A DNA stretch of 63,102 nucleotides, the filler included, from Cercozoa sp. M6MM (lineage: Eukaryota; Protista; Endomyxa: Ascetosporea), in NCBI GenBank assembly GCA_040357565.1. It is 11 parts of 11 records of this genome, joined end to end, with 100 filler letters (N's around TTAATTAATTAA, not from the genome) between each part and the next. Parts side by side here need not be neighbours in the genome. Positions count along the whole stretch, not along the records: positions 37,382 to 42,429 come from JBDODJ010000985.1; positions 42,530 to 46,630 come from JBDODJ010001226.1; positions 46,731 to 52,025 come from JBDODJ010000928.1; 8 more parts are not named here. The stretch is one strand, 5' to 3'. Position numbers and translations under genes: made by a program. The notes beneath the pieces were generated by a model that was not told the origin of the DNA, made no database searches, and was given only the letters and a program-made list of their open reading frames with translations. Of the stretch, positions 37,445 through 50,539 are shown piece after piece; positions within the stretch are counted from its first letter, which is position 1; each line of letters starts with the position of its first letter.

Positions 37445-40400
37445 TTGAGCACAACTGCACTGACTTCGGCTGCTATCTTGAATGCCGTACTCGCCCCGTT
37501 CGTTGGCACGTTAGGTAAGAGCGATCCCTGTTTGTGCCGTCCAAAACGGATACAACTATAACCCAATGCAGGAGATTTCACGCCCTATAGAAAGGGTATT
37601 GCGCGTGTTACGACCCTGCTGACCGGAGTCCTTGCGTTTTCGCTCATATTTGTCGAACAAAGCACATGGTGGCTTGGCGCTCTTCTGTTAGTCATTGTAA
37701 CGATACCTCGAACACTTGCAAGTGAGTTCTGCCACGCTGGAATAGTCAAGGATTTTTAACATTGTGTCACGAGAGTTTAGATATCGTCGTGGACGCATAC
37801 CTTCCTGAAATTGCACCCCGTGACAATGTACATACAGTCCTGTTGTTCCTTCGTCTTATCCTCTCGGAAATGACCTGTCGTTCAGCTTGCTGCGAGCCTT
37901 GCCGCGAAAGAAATCGTTCTGGCGTCGATCGCTCAGCTCGTACGTTCAGTTCAGCATTTCAAGACACAACGCAGGGAAACCGCACGTGGAAATAAGTATA
38001 GCTGACGGCTGGAGTCATCGCCATGGTTTTGTTTACCGTGGAGAGAGGGTCCGTTGCTTTCGAAAACCCCGGTTTCGAACGACAGGACGCTTCTGACTGG
38101 CAAGTGTTTTTGCAACAACAAAATAAATTGGTACCTTCAGTTGTAGTTGATCTGCACTTCTGCCTCCTGAGCGGTCTGGTCTGAGACAGTCTTCTTTTCA
38201 GTTGCTCGGGCCACTTCCATGCCGGGAATTCGATCAGCGTCGCAGTCTTCAGTCCTTCGTTGTTGATTGTTTTAATGCCCAACGCCAAGAAATGGTATGA
38301 GGACTGCCCCGCCAAAGTCGAAGACAGGAAACATATTCTAAAGGTTCGATATTTCCGCAGAGGCAGCTACGCCGTGTTGGCTCGAGCATTTCTCCGGATA
38401 CTCCTTTTGCTGTAAACCTCTTGAAGCCTCAATTGTTCCGAATAGAGTGCTTTTCACTTTTTAGACAGCACCGAGGACAGGAAACCGAGCGCTAGTTGTT
38501 TTGCTTGACACGACGACGATTGATACGCTGGTGAACACTTCGATGAATGGGACTATTGAAACTGTCATCTATCAAACCTCAGACACTGAACTTGTACGTT
38601 GTTCCCTGAGCTAAGTGTCGATACCTTGTGAGCATTTTCAGTTGCATTAAAACGCACCCCGGGGACTGCTTTTTAGAAACATTTGCGCGATCGCGACTTG
38701 CTGCTGTCAGTGCGAGGAGCGTTTGATGAGACAGACCCCTCCCTGTCTTTATCGGTGTTCCGGCAGTTTGCACCACTTTTCGAGACTAAGGGCAACAACA
38801 GTGCATCTTCGATTGGCAAAGCCCTTCTCGAAGATATCGTTATCGACAGCATCGTTCTCAAGGAAGCGAAGTATGGTAATGCGCTTCTTAATTTATGCTT
38901 GTCGTCTTTACGGAAAGAACCACGGTTGACCCCATAATTTAGAGCTGAGAAAGTCGCGCTTTCGGACGCCTGCAAACACATCTGGTAAAAAGAATGTACT
39001 AAATACCACAGTTACCTTAGGACTACGCCCCGCGCTGCTCACACATACTATGTAAACTTAGCGCTCCTCGCTGGTGCTCTGTTCGTCGCAAACGTCACGC
39101 AAAAAAGCGAGGCAACCGACGAAAACAATGGGATCATAGGTAGTGCCGCAGAACGTGCACCCAAACCTGACGTTAAATGTAAATGCACTCCCTTCTTTGA
39201 GCTAGGACTTTCACTGGATGACTTTGATGCAACAACGTCCCCGTCCCGTGCTCGCGCGATCTCCGTCGCGTTCACCGGGCTTCTGATTATCGTCTTGGGC
39301 ACGTATCTTCGCAGAATTTTTTTGAACCATGCACTCAGCCTTTTAGTAGAGGAACTATTGCACGCTGAATCGCTTGAGCAGGATCGCAGTAAGTCATCTG
39401 CAGAAGCGACCGGCGAGTCACCCTCTTCCGCCCGGTCATTCGGCGGCCATGGCGTCCGCGAAGCAGCTTTGGAGGACCCTCCGTGCTGTTGTGGTAGGCA
39501 GCTTTGAGATTTTTGAAACATGTGGTAAGTTAAGTGCGGATATGAATCAGGCACGCTACCCCTACGTGCTCAAGTAAGTCCGCCTCTGCTTTCAGCTGTC
39601 TCGGGCATCCGTTTGAGGTCAAATTTTCACCTACCTGTCACCAGGGTCCTGCTTGCAACAGTTTTCTACGCCAACGGCATCACAGTCGTCGTCGCGCAGG
39701 GTAAATTTACCTTTCAATATTCGCTGAGTCTGGGTTGGTAGCTTTACTTCCCAAAGTGCCCATCATCTTCGCGAACGACTTGAGAATGTCGACTGCCGCA
39801 ATCACTATTGCGCTGGCACTGGCACAAGGTATTTTCTAGCTGCGTTCACCCTCGTTCGTCGTTTGTCGGGATCCTAGTATTTTCTCTTAGTTGCGGCCAT
39901 ACCAGGTGCATTGTTGGGGGCTTTCCTGGGGAAGAGGTTTGGCCTCGTTCGAGTCGTCAAATGGTAAGTTTAAAGTTGAAGTAACTTTACCCACTGCCCG
40001 GCAATCTTTCTCCAACGAGACATTCGCAGGGCCATCGGATTCGTTGCAGTTCTGGTGCCTGCTGCGTTTATTCTTCTCCGTGATGACGGTGACGTGTACC
40101 ATAGCTTTTTGTCTCAAGAACACATACAGTCTGAGGAGTCAGCTATCGTTTGATATCGCAGACCGTTTGCCTTCGTCTTGTCATTACTGTTTGGTCTAAA
40201 TGCGGGAGCGACGTTGTCACTGGCCAAAGGTACCCCCCTCCCACACATACTTTAGTTCGATTTGTTGTCGCAAGGGATTGAGTGGGTGTGGTGACGCAGC
40301 AATGTTTGCACGCATGGTGCCGGTGGGTTTCGAAGCTGAGTATTTTGGGCTCCGAGTGTTCTTCAGCAACGGCTTAAGCTGGCTAGCTCCGCTGGGTTTC

Positions 40401-41533
40401 ACCTTCATGAGTGAGTAAGGGATTTTTAGATATCTTAAACAACGCAGTGTTTGACTATTCTGTGTAACCGTCAGAGCAAGTGGAAGCAGTCGTCTCGCAT
40501 TTTTAGTGATTCCACTGCTCTTTTTCTTGCCCTCGGTCGGGTTTGTTGCGTACATTGGCGACGCCTGGAGACTGTATGTCAAATTTCCTTGATGGGTTAG
40601 TGCTACTAGCTGTACGAAATTACGTCATCATTTGTTGATTGGTAGACGGCGCACACCTGTACAGGTTGAGCTGGAAGCGACAACGTTGACACCGTCGCTC
40701 TCGCCGAAAGGTGTCTCAGAGTATGACAACTTGCCACCTGGGTTGCAACAGCGCAGGAGGAGCGCCGACGAAATTTCGGCGGTAAACATTGACACTAAAT
40801 TTATTGTGGGGCAAATACCCAGTACTTGCGCCGCGAGCTTGCCAGTTTTTAGGCCAACGTGATTGCGGGATGGCGACCGCCTCCCGAGTCGAACAGATTG
40901 TTTGCACAAAACAATCGGCGACACCACAGGCGGCATCGTCGCGCACGCACATTTGGTATGCGTTACCTGCCCATACCTTGCCGACTCAATAAAATATTGC
41001 ACGAATCATAGACAACCTCGAGAGTTTGCGCAATGACCTGGATGAAGTGTCCTTGGACACGCTCCATTTCGACCAAAGATCGAGCGGTGAACTCAATGTC
41101 TTCGACGAGTCAACTGAAAACGACGAGCAAGTCTTGGTAAAATATGATCGCGCATTTTCTTAGCTCCGGACGTTTTTCATGAGAACAATTATGACCTTTG
41201 TAGGACGGGCGTGCATGGCGCCGACGTCGCGAAAAGCTGCTATCAAGAGATTCTGAACTGTGAAAAGGGTCATGTCGGTAACTTTGAGGCGAAATTAACT
41301 GCCGCAGCGCAGCAGTTAATGCTGTAAACGGTAGTCTATGTACTCTACATAGAAGTCGTTGACGTATTGGAGTACAAGCCGACTGATTTGTGGTTAAACA
41401 AGCCTGAGACCGATCTGAACTTAACAGAACTAAATCGAACAATCGTGACGCGACGGCACTGCACCGATCAGATAGTGCCAGGCTATTCGAGGGAAGTTGC
41501 TTGACGCCTTGTTGCAACTCGGTCTTTAATTAG
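37445..41533 (+). CDS. ATG22-like MFS transporter with large loop insertion, 5' truncated, 3' end approximate
   Basis: AVLAPFVGTL, VVDAYLPEIA, HLQKRPASHPLPPG...LWRTLR, VLLATVFYANGITVV, AMFARMVPVGFEAEYFGL...GLSWLAPLGF. Confidence 0.8.
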
Positions 41534-41653
41534 ACCGTCATGCCATCGTTGTCTATGCTGCTAGCCGTGCCACTGAACTTTGTAGATCCATGGTTTCTAC
41601 GCAACCCAGTCGTGTGCGAGCACAAGGAATAAACCACACAACTTGAATCAATT

Positions 41654-42365
41654 TTAACGGTACGACGCATTCTCTGTCTCGTCGACTTTGATCTGGATCT
41701 GCAAAAGCTCAGTGCTAAATTACAGTTAGCGGCAGACAAATGAGGGAACCAACGTACCACGCCGCAGCAATCAAACAGCTGAGAGTCTCGCAACTGGCGG
41801 ACTTCCTCCATTGCTCTGCCCAACGCCTTGACACGTGTGATTGCACGGCGCCGACGAGCTTCCATTTCCGGGCTTCGCTGGAAGTACGGCAGCAACTTAG
41901 TTGCACCCTGCCGTTTGAAGAATCACAGTGCTATTTTAAACCGAAGGAAGAAAGTGTACTTCGGCGTCGCCCTCGGGAAACGCCTCGTGCAGTCGGTGCA
42001 TAAGTTGTCCTTTGAGTTCTACTTGCAGGAAGTGTCGCAGATAGCGCGCCACATCATCAACCAGACGCGGTCGTGCCACGGCCCAGTAGGCGACCAGTTT
42101 GCACTGCAGTGCCGCCACCACCGAATTCACCTCGGACTCGCGCGCAATGACGCTCAAGTCAACTTTGCGACCATCCAGCATCATCGTGGTCTCCTGCGAC
42201 GCTGTCGTGGCCCGGCGAAAAGCCGTCTCAAACCATGGGTTGAGCCTGCGCCAAGCATACAGTCCGGTCAGCTTTCAGTTCCCCTGCAATGAATAAATGC
42301 CAGTTTACGTGTAGACGTCTTTCTGCGTCATCTTGACACACAGCTGGGTCTGCTCTTGGCACCTA
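41654..42365 (-). CDS. Dynamin/Mx-family GTPase C-terminal GED, 5' truncated
   Basis: LVAYWAVARPRLVDDVARYLRHFL...SPEMEARRRRAITRVKALGRAMEEV. Confidence 0.75.
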
Positions 42366-42371
42366 AATTCA

Positions 42372-42429
<58 letters not shown>

Positions 42430-42555
42430 NNNNNNNNNNNNNNNNNNNNNNNNNNNNNNNNNNNNNNNNNNNNTTAATTAATTAANNNNNNNNNNNNNNN
42501 NNNNNNNNNNNNNNNNNNNNNNNNNNNNNATATATATATATATATATATATACAG

Positions 42556-44698
42556 TGTTCCCTATTCCCATGTACACCCCAAGTACACATACATGTCGCA
42601 GTGTGGTGTGCCGCACCGATCCTGCGTTGCGCAAGGACCTGCGAAAGTGTCACTACGTGTTTACCATGGTACTGCCATTCGCGCCTTGTTGCTGCCCTTC
42701 ACTTCCCCTCGTGTGTGTGTGCAGGTGCAACCGGGACATTTCCGCGTCGAGGTGGTCTACAAGAAGGTTGTGGCCATCAAGGTGCTGTCGGAGCCGATCG
42801 AGATTCGGCTCGAAGACCTCCTGGATCGGCAACAACGCGGACAGCAGGTACCCCGATTGCCTTCCGTGCCGATCTCCCTACCTGCATTATTGTCCTGGAT
42901 GTCCTTTTACCTTCCAACAGCGACTTGAGTATGAGTACGTGTCGCTCAACATCAACCTCCTGGTGCACCTCATCAACCGTAAGTTCCTGCGTCGTCGTTG
43001 ATTCGAGTTTCGGCTGAGTGGGTCGGTTGCTCGTCTGTCCATAAAACCGCTGCGGGCTCGCTCTTAGTTTTGCTGCTTGTATTTCCTGACTGTATCACAA
43101 AAGCCACCTCGATTAAAGCAGCGGAATAAGATAACGCAACGCCTGCGAAGCTTTTTGGCGGTTTTGATCGGACCAGTGTTTGATCGAAAAATATCATTGT
43201 GCAGCGTGCGCGCAGCACTAGAACTGATCAGATGCAAAGAACGCTAAGCTTAGTGCGTCGGGTGCGCGCAAGGCGCTTCCTGGCTTTCGATCGAGTTGTG
43301 TTTCGGGAGAAGTCGAAATCCGTGCCAATAATTCTCTCCGATGATGCGCAATGTGGTCCGTATGTTCTGTTGCACTTTACGACCGCGTAGTTGCTCGCAC
43401 AACCCACCGACAGCGAGGAATTCAAGCGTGGCTACCAACAGTTGTGGTACGTGTACCTTGTCGCAAATTTGTCTTTTGGAGATTCTGCTGTCTCTTTCTC
43501 AGCGAGAGTTCGGAGGCCGACTTTGATCAGGGCACTCTCAACAAACGCGAACTGTGCACGCTGGCAGAGTTGTCATTCGCTGCAAGCGACTCTGAAACGT
43601 ATGGGCGTGGTAAACCTTGACTTCTTGTGGAAGTGTCACTATTTTCACAGGCGATTTCTCCTCTGTCTGAGTTGTAGCTCTAAGCTCACTGCAAGAAGCA
43701 CCTAGTGGCCTGGATTCGGGTCACTTGCTGGATCTCGTTCTGTTGCTTTCGCGCACGTCAGTTGTTCTTCTACTCGCATGGTCTATGATTAAACGCGGTC
43801 GAGGAGTTGTGGTTGTGTGCAGTTCGGAGGAGAATCCGCAAGACGAAAGACTTGAATGGATCAAGCAGAGCATTGCGCCGCTCTGGGATCTGATTGCACT
43901 GACGCGGTTTGCCAGTTGGGTAAAGCCGACACTCAATGCCTTACGCTCCCTGTATTATGAAGATTATTCGACTTGTGTAGCCCGGCAGAGTGCGCTTGCT
44001 GTTGTCCAAGATGTGCAACATCACCGAGCAGATTGCGCGCGCCTCTTATCCCGACACTGCGGCAGCACAGTGCGCCCAACAGTATCTCTCTGTGGCGGTA
44101 AAATCCGCATCTGCTAATATTGTAGTGCTTCACGTGTGTGTATGCTTGCTGGCAGGTGAAGCACCGAATGCGAGCATCGAAGGACTCTTCGAATGAGCTA
44201 TACATGGACTCGCTGCTTGTGCTGTGGGGAAGATTACGGTAGCTTTTTGGTCGCTTTCTCCCTCTGCATATCACAGCGTCCTGCACTCGGCGTCTGTCTG
44301 CTCAGTGCCTTCTGCGACGAAGACCTGAGCGACGATCTGCGACGCCTGTTGCTTCACGAGGTGCTGAGCCGCTTTGCTTGTGAGCGGCGGTGGCGGTGTG
44401 AGGGGGAGGGGTAAAGTGCCAAACTCATATTTGCACCAGCAACGAGAGGTGCTCACGCTGCTGGGAAAAGTGAATCCAAAACCGAGGCGCCACAACAAGT
44501 CGGCCGACCGTTTCGGGCAGCTGAAGTATGTGTTAATGACCACCGACACGAGCAAGCACCGGTAGCAGCGCTTCTCACTTTTTCCTTTTTTTTTTACTGA
44601 TCAAACTGTGTGTGACCCGTGTGCCATACGCGTATGAGCACAGGACTGCCGAGCAGCGTGCGGCCTACCTTGCCACACTCGACTTGGATGAGCAGTGA
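42556..44698 (+). CDS. Multi-exon hypothetical protein, 5' truncated
   Basis: Successive GT-AG bounded exons ending ...AAYLATLDLDEQ-TGA. Confidence 0.55.
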
Positions 44699-44712
44699 CC
44701 CTCCGCTTGACC

Positions 44713-44979
44713 AGTTAGTTAGTTGAGTCTTCTAGGAAACCAACTATGTACTTCCCCTTAACCAGTCCGGCGCGGGGTGGGTCACCGCCCGCTTAGAATC
44801 GGACCATACACCTCCCATTTGACGCTACCCAGACACCGACGCGAAGTCAACTTCATGGTTGGTGCAGGTAGCGGCTAGCGGAGAGGCGTCGCAGCCGGCG
44901 TCGGGTCGTCCCGTCCCGTCGTCGTTCTCCAGTCATTCCAACAAAACAAACAAACAGATATAGACTTAGGGCCACCACT
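44713..44979 (-). mobile_element. Family A LINE 3' region (~270 bp)
   Basis: Aligns with 25661-25931; (AACT)n tail at 44713. Confidence 0.85.
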
Positions 44980-44999
44980 CATAGCAGTGGTGGCCTAGC

Positions 45000-45303
45000 C
45001 TATGTCGGGGACTCTCGGTCCAGTGCCTGCTGGGAGACTGGTTGTCCTTCACGGTTGCTTCCTCGTCCCAGGATATCTTGGTGCCTTGGTGCATTCTGTT
45101 GAGTGCTGCTAGGTTCTCAGGGTTGGTCAGTATGTCTTCAATTGTGCGTCATTGAGCCGCATTGGTGCTGCAATCGGTGGTACGCGTCGAGAGTCTCTGT
45201 CGTTTGATTCGCGTTTTGTAGTCGTTGTTTGCATCCTCTGCTCGAGTACTGGTTATAGCGATAGGTAGTTAGTTAGTGCAGTCTTCTAAGAACCACAAAC
45301 TAT
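45000..45303 (-). mobile_element. Decayed RT-like fragment plus another family A tail (45265-45303)
   Basis: Tail motif tagttagttagtgcagtcttctaagaacc. Minus translation DYKTRIK../LDAYHRLQHQ loosely resembles the RI..A..AF..L motif after LINE RTs. Confidence 0.45.
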
Positions 45304-45442
45304 GGCTGCGCGGTAGCCTGACTTGAGTGCTGCTGGACCACCCGCTTACTACGCTAGTATAACGCTACGCTAGCACACATAGTGCTACTACAGTATGTTA
45401 GGCAGCTACGACTACGGTACAGACTAGTCAAGCCCGACTCGA

Positions 45443-46622
45443 CTAGTGTCCACGTCGACTGCGCAGACGACGTCGCGGCGTTTCGGGCTCCGACTCGGCG
45501 GACTGCGCACTCACTCTGCCGGCTCCTCCGGCTCCTCCGGCTCCGTCGTCACTGTCGTCGTCCTTCATCTTGCGCGTCGGTGGCGACGACGTCTGCTTCT
45601 TGCGGCGCTTGTTGGCTACAACCGAGAGGGGGTAAGGGAGAGTAAGGGCGGGGTTAAGGGGGGGGTTAAGGGGGTGGGATTAAGAGCGGGATTAAGGGGG
45701 TGGGATTAAGAGGGGTTAAGGGGGTGGGATTAAGGGAGGGAAGAAACACGAGAAAAGTACAAGAGAATTCGAAAATGTCGTCTTTCGACGATTTTTCGGT
45801 GCTTTTCGGCGCTGTTTCCGCCGACTTTTCCTTCTTGACTTTGCGCGTCTGCCCAGGGAGGGGTAGGGGGTAGGGGGGTAAAGAGGGGGGTAAAGAGGGG
45901 GGTAAAACGCACACTGCGGCGCGAGCGCGGTCGCAGTCGCTTCTGCTGCCGCCGTTCCTCGCTGCGCAACTCGGCCAACTCGGCGGCAGCGCCCTGTACA
46001 GGGGGGTAAGGAGGCAAGGGTAGGGGGTAGGGGTAGGGGAAGGAGGTAAGGAGGTAGGGGAAGGAGGTAAGGAAGTAGGGGAAGGAGGTAAGGAGATAGG
46101 GGTAGGGGTAGGGGTAGAGGGGTAGGGGGTAGGGGGTAGGGGTAGAGGGGTAGGGGGTAGGGGATTACGTAAGGGGTAGAGGGGTAGAGTAGGGGGTAGG
46201 GGGTAGAGGGTAGGGGTGGGGTAAGGAAGCAAGGGGGTAGGAGGAAAGGGGTAGAGGGTAGGGGTAGGGGGTAGGGGCTAGGGGTAGGGGTAGGGGTAGG
46301 GGTAGGGGCTAGGGGTAGGGGCTAGGGGTAGGGGTAGGGGCTAGGGGTAGGGGTAGGGGTAGGGGTAGAGGTGGAGGTAGGGGGGTAGGGGTAGGGCGAT
46401 ACCGGCACGAGCGAGTGTCGCCGCACCGCCGTGGCAGCAGCGTCGCCGCAGTCGGCCGCCTGCAGAGCCGCCTCGACCGGCAGCGTCACCTCGTACCGCT
46501 CCGGCAGCAGGTGCGCCACCTCCGACAGTCGCGGCGGACCGCCGTTCGACACACGCGGCGGCACCGTCAGTCCGAACGGAACGGCGCGCCATTCGAACTC
46601 GCTCTTGGCCTGCGGGTCGCCT
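45443..46622 (-). CDS. 3' end of a hypothetical protein with basic low-complexity tail
   Basis: Exons DPQAKSEFEWRAVPFG..., GAAAELAELRSEERR..., KVKKEKSAETAPK, ...PETPRRRLRSRRGH*. Confidence 0.55.
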
Positions 46623-46730
46623 GGGGGGGGNNNNNNNNNNNNNNNNNNNNNNNNNNNNNNNNNNNNNNNNNNNNTTAATTAATTAANNNNNNNNNNNNNN
46701 NNNNNNNNNNNNNNNNNNNNNNNNNNNNNN

Positions 46731-47909
46731 CGAGAATAGTGGTGTCGCACAAGATCCTGCGTGCCATCCGCGACAAGCGACCGCTTGGTACTACCCCTTA
46801 CCCCCCCCCCAGACTCGATAGTGCTTGACACATCGTAGCTCGCTACGCCACGACGGACGCGATTCCGGCCAAGCCGATGCACGGCCTCCTGGTACCTGTG
46901 TCTGCATCTGCGTGTGCTTTGTGTGTCGTGGCGTGTATTTGTGTGTCGTGGCGTGTATTTGTGTGCTGTGTAATCGCAGCCCGGTGCTGTTGAGGACATG
47001 ATCATGCGCCTGACGTAATTGCGCTGTTGTGCATCACCTTCGCTTCCTCGCGTCGCTGTGCTCGTTTTAGCAAGTTCAGTCTACTAAGAAACCCAACTGT
47101 AGCGTAGCTAGCCTGAGTTGTTTTAGACGTTGGTGTTATTGCAAAGAGCCTGCTAGGCTCGATTGAGATTTTTAGGGGGATTTGTATGCTGGCGTGGCAC
47201 GTGCGAGCACGTGTGAGCTCGGGCACGAGGCCGGCCGTCATTCGGACTTTCACGGACTCGAGTTCGCCAACCCACACCGAATCACGTATACAGCGAACGT
47301 TTATTGGAAGTACAGTGACGCTATAGGATGGCAGTTACTCACGAAGACGTTTGCGTCGAGCTCCAAGCGACGCGCAAGGTACTTTTGTGCTTATGTGTTT
47401 TTGTTTTCCGAGAGTTTGGCAATCCAAAGTCACGTGATTTGCTGTGTTTGTACATAGGCCGTGGAGCAAGTTATCAAGGTGTCCATTGAGAAAGAGCAGC
47501 GCCTTGGTACCTACCACTCTGCTTCTATTCTGTTTCGATTTTTATTTTTATGTCACCTGATTTGGACAGAGCAACTCGAGCAAAAAACATCGCAACTAGA
47601 AAACGAAGCTCAGCAATATGGCAAGCAAACGGTACATAGATTCCACCTATATCTCTTGTGCCCTGCCAATAGTCAGTATTGTTTGGAACGGAAATGTAGG
47701 CCAAGACAAGGCGCACGATGCAGTTGCGACTGTGGCGCCAAAGGCTCTTGTTCGCACTGCTTGCTGCGGCTCTGTTCGGCATCCTTGTTCTCTTCTTGCT
47801 CCCAACGTCAGCGACTCAACGCGTAGAGGTGGTATCGGCTGAGCACTTATCGAACGGTTCTCATGTCGACGATGCGTCGGCTCCGATTGCTGGTGGTCTC
47901 CAGTCATGA
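46731..47909 (+). CDS. VAMP7-like longin R-SNARE, 5' truncated
   Basis: Longin-end-like exons joined in phase via intron 47015-47326 to the SNARE coil (ELQATRKAVEQVIKVSIEKEQRLEQLEQKTSQLENEAQQY...RRTMQLRLWRQR) and a TM helix. Confidence 0.75.
47075..47103 (-). mobile_element. Family A 3' end remnant inside the enlarged VAMP intron
   Basis: ttcagtctactaagaaacccaactgtag. Confidence 0.55.
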
Positions 47910-48084
47910 CGGAGTGCTGTGACGAATTCCTAAACTATCCTAAAGTTCCCCTTAATTCGGTTTAGCTGTTTCCGTCGGCCCTCGATCTATTTCTGTTGAA
48001 TCTCGGTCATCATTGTAAATTAAGTTTACTGATACTTTAAGTTTACGGTAATTTCGGCAATCGCTCTTCGTACATTTAGACTCA

Positions 48085-49265
48085 GGCTTAGACAACGACT
48101 TTATACAATTTCGACGGAGTCGGTGGCCAATGTTGAGCCAGCAACCCTGGCAAGTTCTTCAGTTTTCCGAGTCAGTTTTGCCCAATCAATCTTTCCAGTA
48201 CCGCAGTGACCTCCCACTTCCTACCCGGACACATTCTGTGTCACATTGGCCTGCACTCCAAGAACGTGCTCTAGAGAACGCATGGGAAGCGTTCCACGCA
48301 TGGCGGCCATCTGAAACAACGTTACAGGTAAATTTAACTTATAAACTAAGATAATATATAAATTTAAAAGGAAAATTGAAACAGGTCACCAAGTAGGGCT
48401 GATGCGCTTTCGTTGCCTCAAGCATCGCTTGCTTGAGAGCAACTTCAACGTCATTACAGACCACGCGATCCATTCCCAACTGCTTGAGGCATTCGATCGT
48501 GTCACGAACGCGCTTTTCAACAAGTTGAGAATCTTCTCTGCAAAAGTTACAGTGTGCATGATAGCAGGGAAGTTTGAACTAAAAAGAATTGACAATACTG
48601 TACGTGCAGTGCAACAAGCTCAAACCTACTGATCATTGTTCTCTGCGAGTTCGGCCGCGGTCTTGATTTGACGCTCGATAGCTTCGGCAAGACCAACCGC
48701 GTTGATCGTGCCGGAGTCTTGGAGCGCTTGCTTCATCACGAGAAGAACATGGTCGCGGTGGTTAACCCGCCCCAGTACACGCTCACACGCCGAAGCCAGA
48801 GTGTTCGCAAACAGCGACATTTTCGGGTATGCATCAACGAGCGACTGGAGGACCTCTGAGTCGTCTCCGTCATGTTGCAGTGCGCGCAGTTTTGGCGAGA
48901 GTGCTGCCATGTACTCGCGCACGGCTTCGTCGCGGTAGAAGCTACAATTTATCCCAGAGAAGTTTCAATTGATAAAAAGTAAATATAAAAGGTTGCAAAA
49001 AGGGTGACGTATAGTAAGAGCCATCGGCATTAAGAGGTTCCGGGCTGTACCGAACGTCCTTATGCGGAGTGTTCTGCATCTGGACCTCCAATTGATCGAC
49101 GAGCTCATCGGGCACGGTGCTACTTCAATCCAGGATTACATCGACTTTCTTCGATTTTATCCAGAAGACTGATACCCTAGGTCCAAGAAAGAAAACGCAC
49201 CTCGGCTCGGGTCGCGTGAGTAAGGAGCACAGGTCACGGACCGGGTTATCGACGTGCGATTGCAT
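48085..49265 (-). CDS. Multi-exon hypothetical protein
   Basis: MQSHVDNPVRDLCSLL... with exons incl. YRDEAVREYMAALSPKLRAL; 3' end approximate. Confidence 0.5.
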
Positions 49266-49614
49266 CTTTCTGTTCAGAAACACAAGGCAGCAAAGTAAAG
49301 GGTGAATTTGCAAGGGCTTGCCAGCCTTGTCCGCTTTCCGCGCGGGCCACAATAAAATTTTATATTCTGACCCCCCCCCCCCACGCGGCAGTTTCACAAA
49401 AATACAAAGGTGCGCCAAACTCCTTAAACCCACCTTTATTACACTTTTATTCACAAATGAATGCAGATTTTGCCACTGAAATGGCGAATATAAACCTGTA
49501 CCCGCAGCAAGAAAAGCCGCGGAGCGCTGGCTCAGAGCTCCTGATTATGCAAGCACTTTTTGCATCAAGCGCAGCGAAATCGGCACTTTTTCGGTGCTCC
49601 AGCAGCTCGGAGTG

Positions 49615-50488
49615 ATGCCTGCTAATGAACAACAGCGGCCATTATGGCAAAACCTGCTTGCTGGTAAATTTGATCGGATATCTGCATTTCCTGGCCTGTT
49701 GTGTGCTTAAAAAATCTTCATTTTCCTGGAAAACCAATTGTCTGTTGCGTGCTCCAATATCTCCCGTCTGGTACTTTAGGTGGCGGCGCCGGTGTTGCTG
49801 AGATCTGCGCGATGTATCCCACGGACGTCGTCAAGACTCAGTTGCAGTTGCACCACGGCAAGGCTTCAATGATCGTATCGATGCATTTCTTGAGGATACA
49901 CCAGGAGTTGTGTCTCAAAACCAGAAATATGTGTCTTCACCAATGGCAGAGCGTCGCACAGTCGGTGCGTCAACAGCGTGGCCTGCGCGGGTTTTACCGT
50001 GGCATTGGCGCGCCCATCGCTGCTGGTGCACTCGTAGATATTGACCAAGCTCGTGCAAACACCAACTTGACTCTGTATGACAGAGGGTCCGAAGCGAGCA
50101 GTCAAGTTTACAATGAACGAGCGTTACAAGTACACTGAACTGTCTTTGTCGCTAGCAATATGTATACGAACGGATTGGTACTGCAGGACTCTGTTCATTA
50201 ACACGTTCGGCAAGGAGCATGCGATGGCGGCCGCCTTTGCTGCCGGTATATTCTGGGTCTGTGTCTGTGAACTTGTCTGCACAGGCACTTTGCATGTGTA
50301 GGCGCGAGTGCTGGTGTGACAGAAGCACTGATCAACTGTCCGTTCGAGGTCGTCAAGGTGCGCATGCAGGCAGCGACTTCTACCTACGGTAGCATTCGTC
50401 TTCTGTACACACGTGCCACAGTTCTTGCACTCCTGGTGCTTCAATAGCCTCCTCGACCGAGTGCGTCAAGGGACTGATCCGATCAGGT

Positions 50489-50539
<51 letters not shown>

